Below, piece by piece: positions 63,219 to 64,000 of a DNA stretch of 64,000 nt; the first letter of the stretch is position 1, and the number at the start of each line of letters is the position of its first letter. Under the pieces are notes generated by a model, which searched no databases, was not told where the DNA came from, and saw only the letters and a list, made by a program, of their open reading frames with translations. The translations under genes and the position numbers were made by a program. The DNA is from Cycas panzhihuaensis (Eukaryota; Plantae; Cycadophyta): assembly GCA_023213395.1 (NCBI GenBank), contig CM041465.1:232631741-232695740 (forward strand). Direction: 5' to 3'.

Positions 63219-63504
63219 CATACTATAATATAAAAGAAATACATATTGAATTATGTAACTAAAAATAAAGAAAACATGGTTGAAACATGAAATAGGTGGG
63301 ACATTGATATTATAATATGATTTAAAGAAAAGGGCTGGAAATGGAAAACATATGGGTTGAAAACGATTATAGACCAGAGGAAGCAACTGTAGGTTAGTTG
63401 GAAATAATCGAAAAATGTTTCTAAGCCATTTCCGTCATGTTTTAGTGTTGCCACATTTCAAAAATGTGAAGTTCTGCTATAAAATGACATTCTTGGTAAT
63501 ATTG
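63055..63504. mobile_element. Probable hAT-type MITE containing a (CA)n microsatellite (~63120-63207)
   Basis: Degenerate TIRs CAGTGCTACTA / TGGTAATATTG (mismatches are all transitions). Removing it plus 8 bp (GTGCCAAG vs TTTTTAAG) restores LINE ALGAK-WVVRA. Confidence 0.6.
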
Positions 63505-64000
63505 TTTTTAAGTGGGTAGTGAGAGCTAGGGAAGGAAATGAGGCATGAAAAAATTTGATGAGACATAACATTGGTTGAGGCAAAGTTTTAGGTCATAAGG
63601 GATTTCCCCTTGGTTCTCTTGCTTGTTTGGTCACTCTTGACTCAATCAATGTCCTTAGATCTTCTATCTTTAAGAGCATTTGGAACAGTTGAGAGGCTTG
63701 CAAAAAAATTCTCGGTTGGAAAGGTAGTGAACTAAGGAAAGGCCTCTCAGTTAACGAACACTCTATTTGGTAGTGCCACTTTTTTTTGATGGATAATCAA
63801 TGCCTTGGGCAAATCTCCTTGGCTTGAGGCAAAGTCTTGCCAAAAAAGGCTTTCAACTCATGAAGCGACTTTGACCACATGGAAGGAGACTATATCGCAC
63901 ATCAAACACTCAAACATGCCTAGGGATTAAAAAGCTCTAATAGATCTGTTGAGGAAATATGGAACCTATTCCTTAGAGACCATCAATCTAATACTAAAGG

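Larger units (their letters stand above)
60050..64000 (+). mobile_element. Decayed L1-type LINE ORF2 (endonuclease end, RT, C-terminal region) with two nested insertions
   Basis: RRIDRAML, AKIRARFHFVKQGD, FVQGRDILDN, MKIDFEKDYGKVEWSF, HFVDD, RIEKKLDLW|KSKFLSL, VKWDIYCKPKEKSGLG..ALGAK|WVVRA. Confidence 0.85.

Overview
This is plant nuclear heterochromatin, probably from a non-flowering plant such as a fern (inferred from element types only). I found no intact host gene. It is a nest of decayed LTR retrotransposons. Chromoviral Ty3/gypsy: two copies, A1 (<1-10763 +) and A2 (48186-53315 -). Non-chromoviral, Athila-related Ty3/gypsy with a tRNA-Glu-type PBS: C (1920-8173 -), G (16969-19599 -), B1 (20682-46253 -) and B2 (33880-44164 +), plus a related 3' end H near 58.4 kb. 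Ty1/copia: D (10764-~15400 -) and E (30174-46115 -). Also present are several solo LTRs, an L1-type LINE (60-64 kb) carrying a solo LTR and a hAT-like MITE, and an intronless mitochondrial Hsp70 pseudogene (15727-16497). Exact 5-bp TSDs show B2 inside E inside B1. The most unusual signal is that C, B1 and B2 each carry two extra tandem capsid-N-terminal-like (Gag-like) modules inside Pol, between protease and RT. B1 and B2 also have a PMD-like/coiled-coil ORF after integrase and an AGGA-loop hairpin with an atypical PPT before the 3' LTR. The frameshifts in the youngest element (B2) look like methylation-linked long-read errors rather than real decay. All alignments and translations were done by eye.
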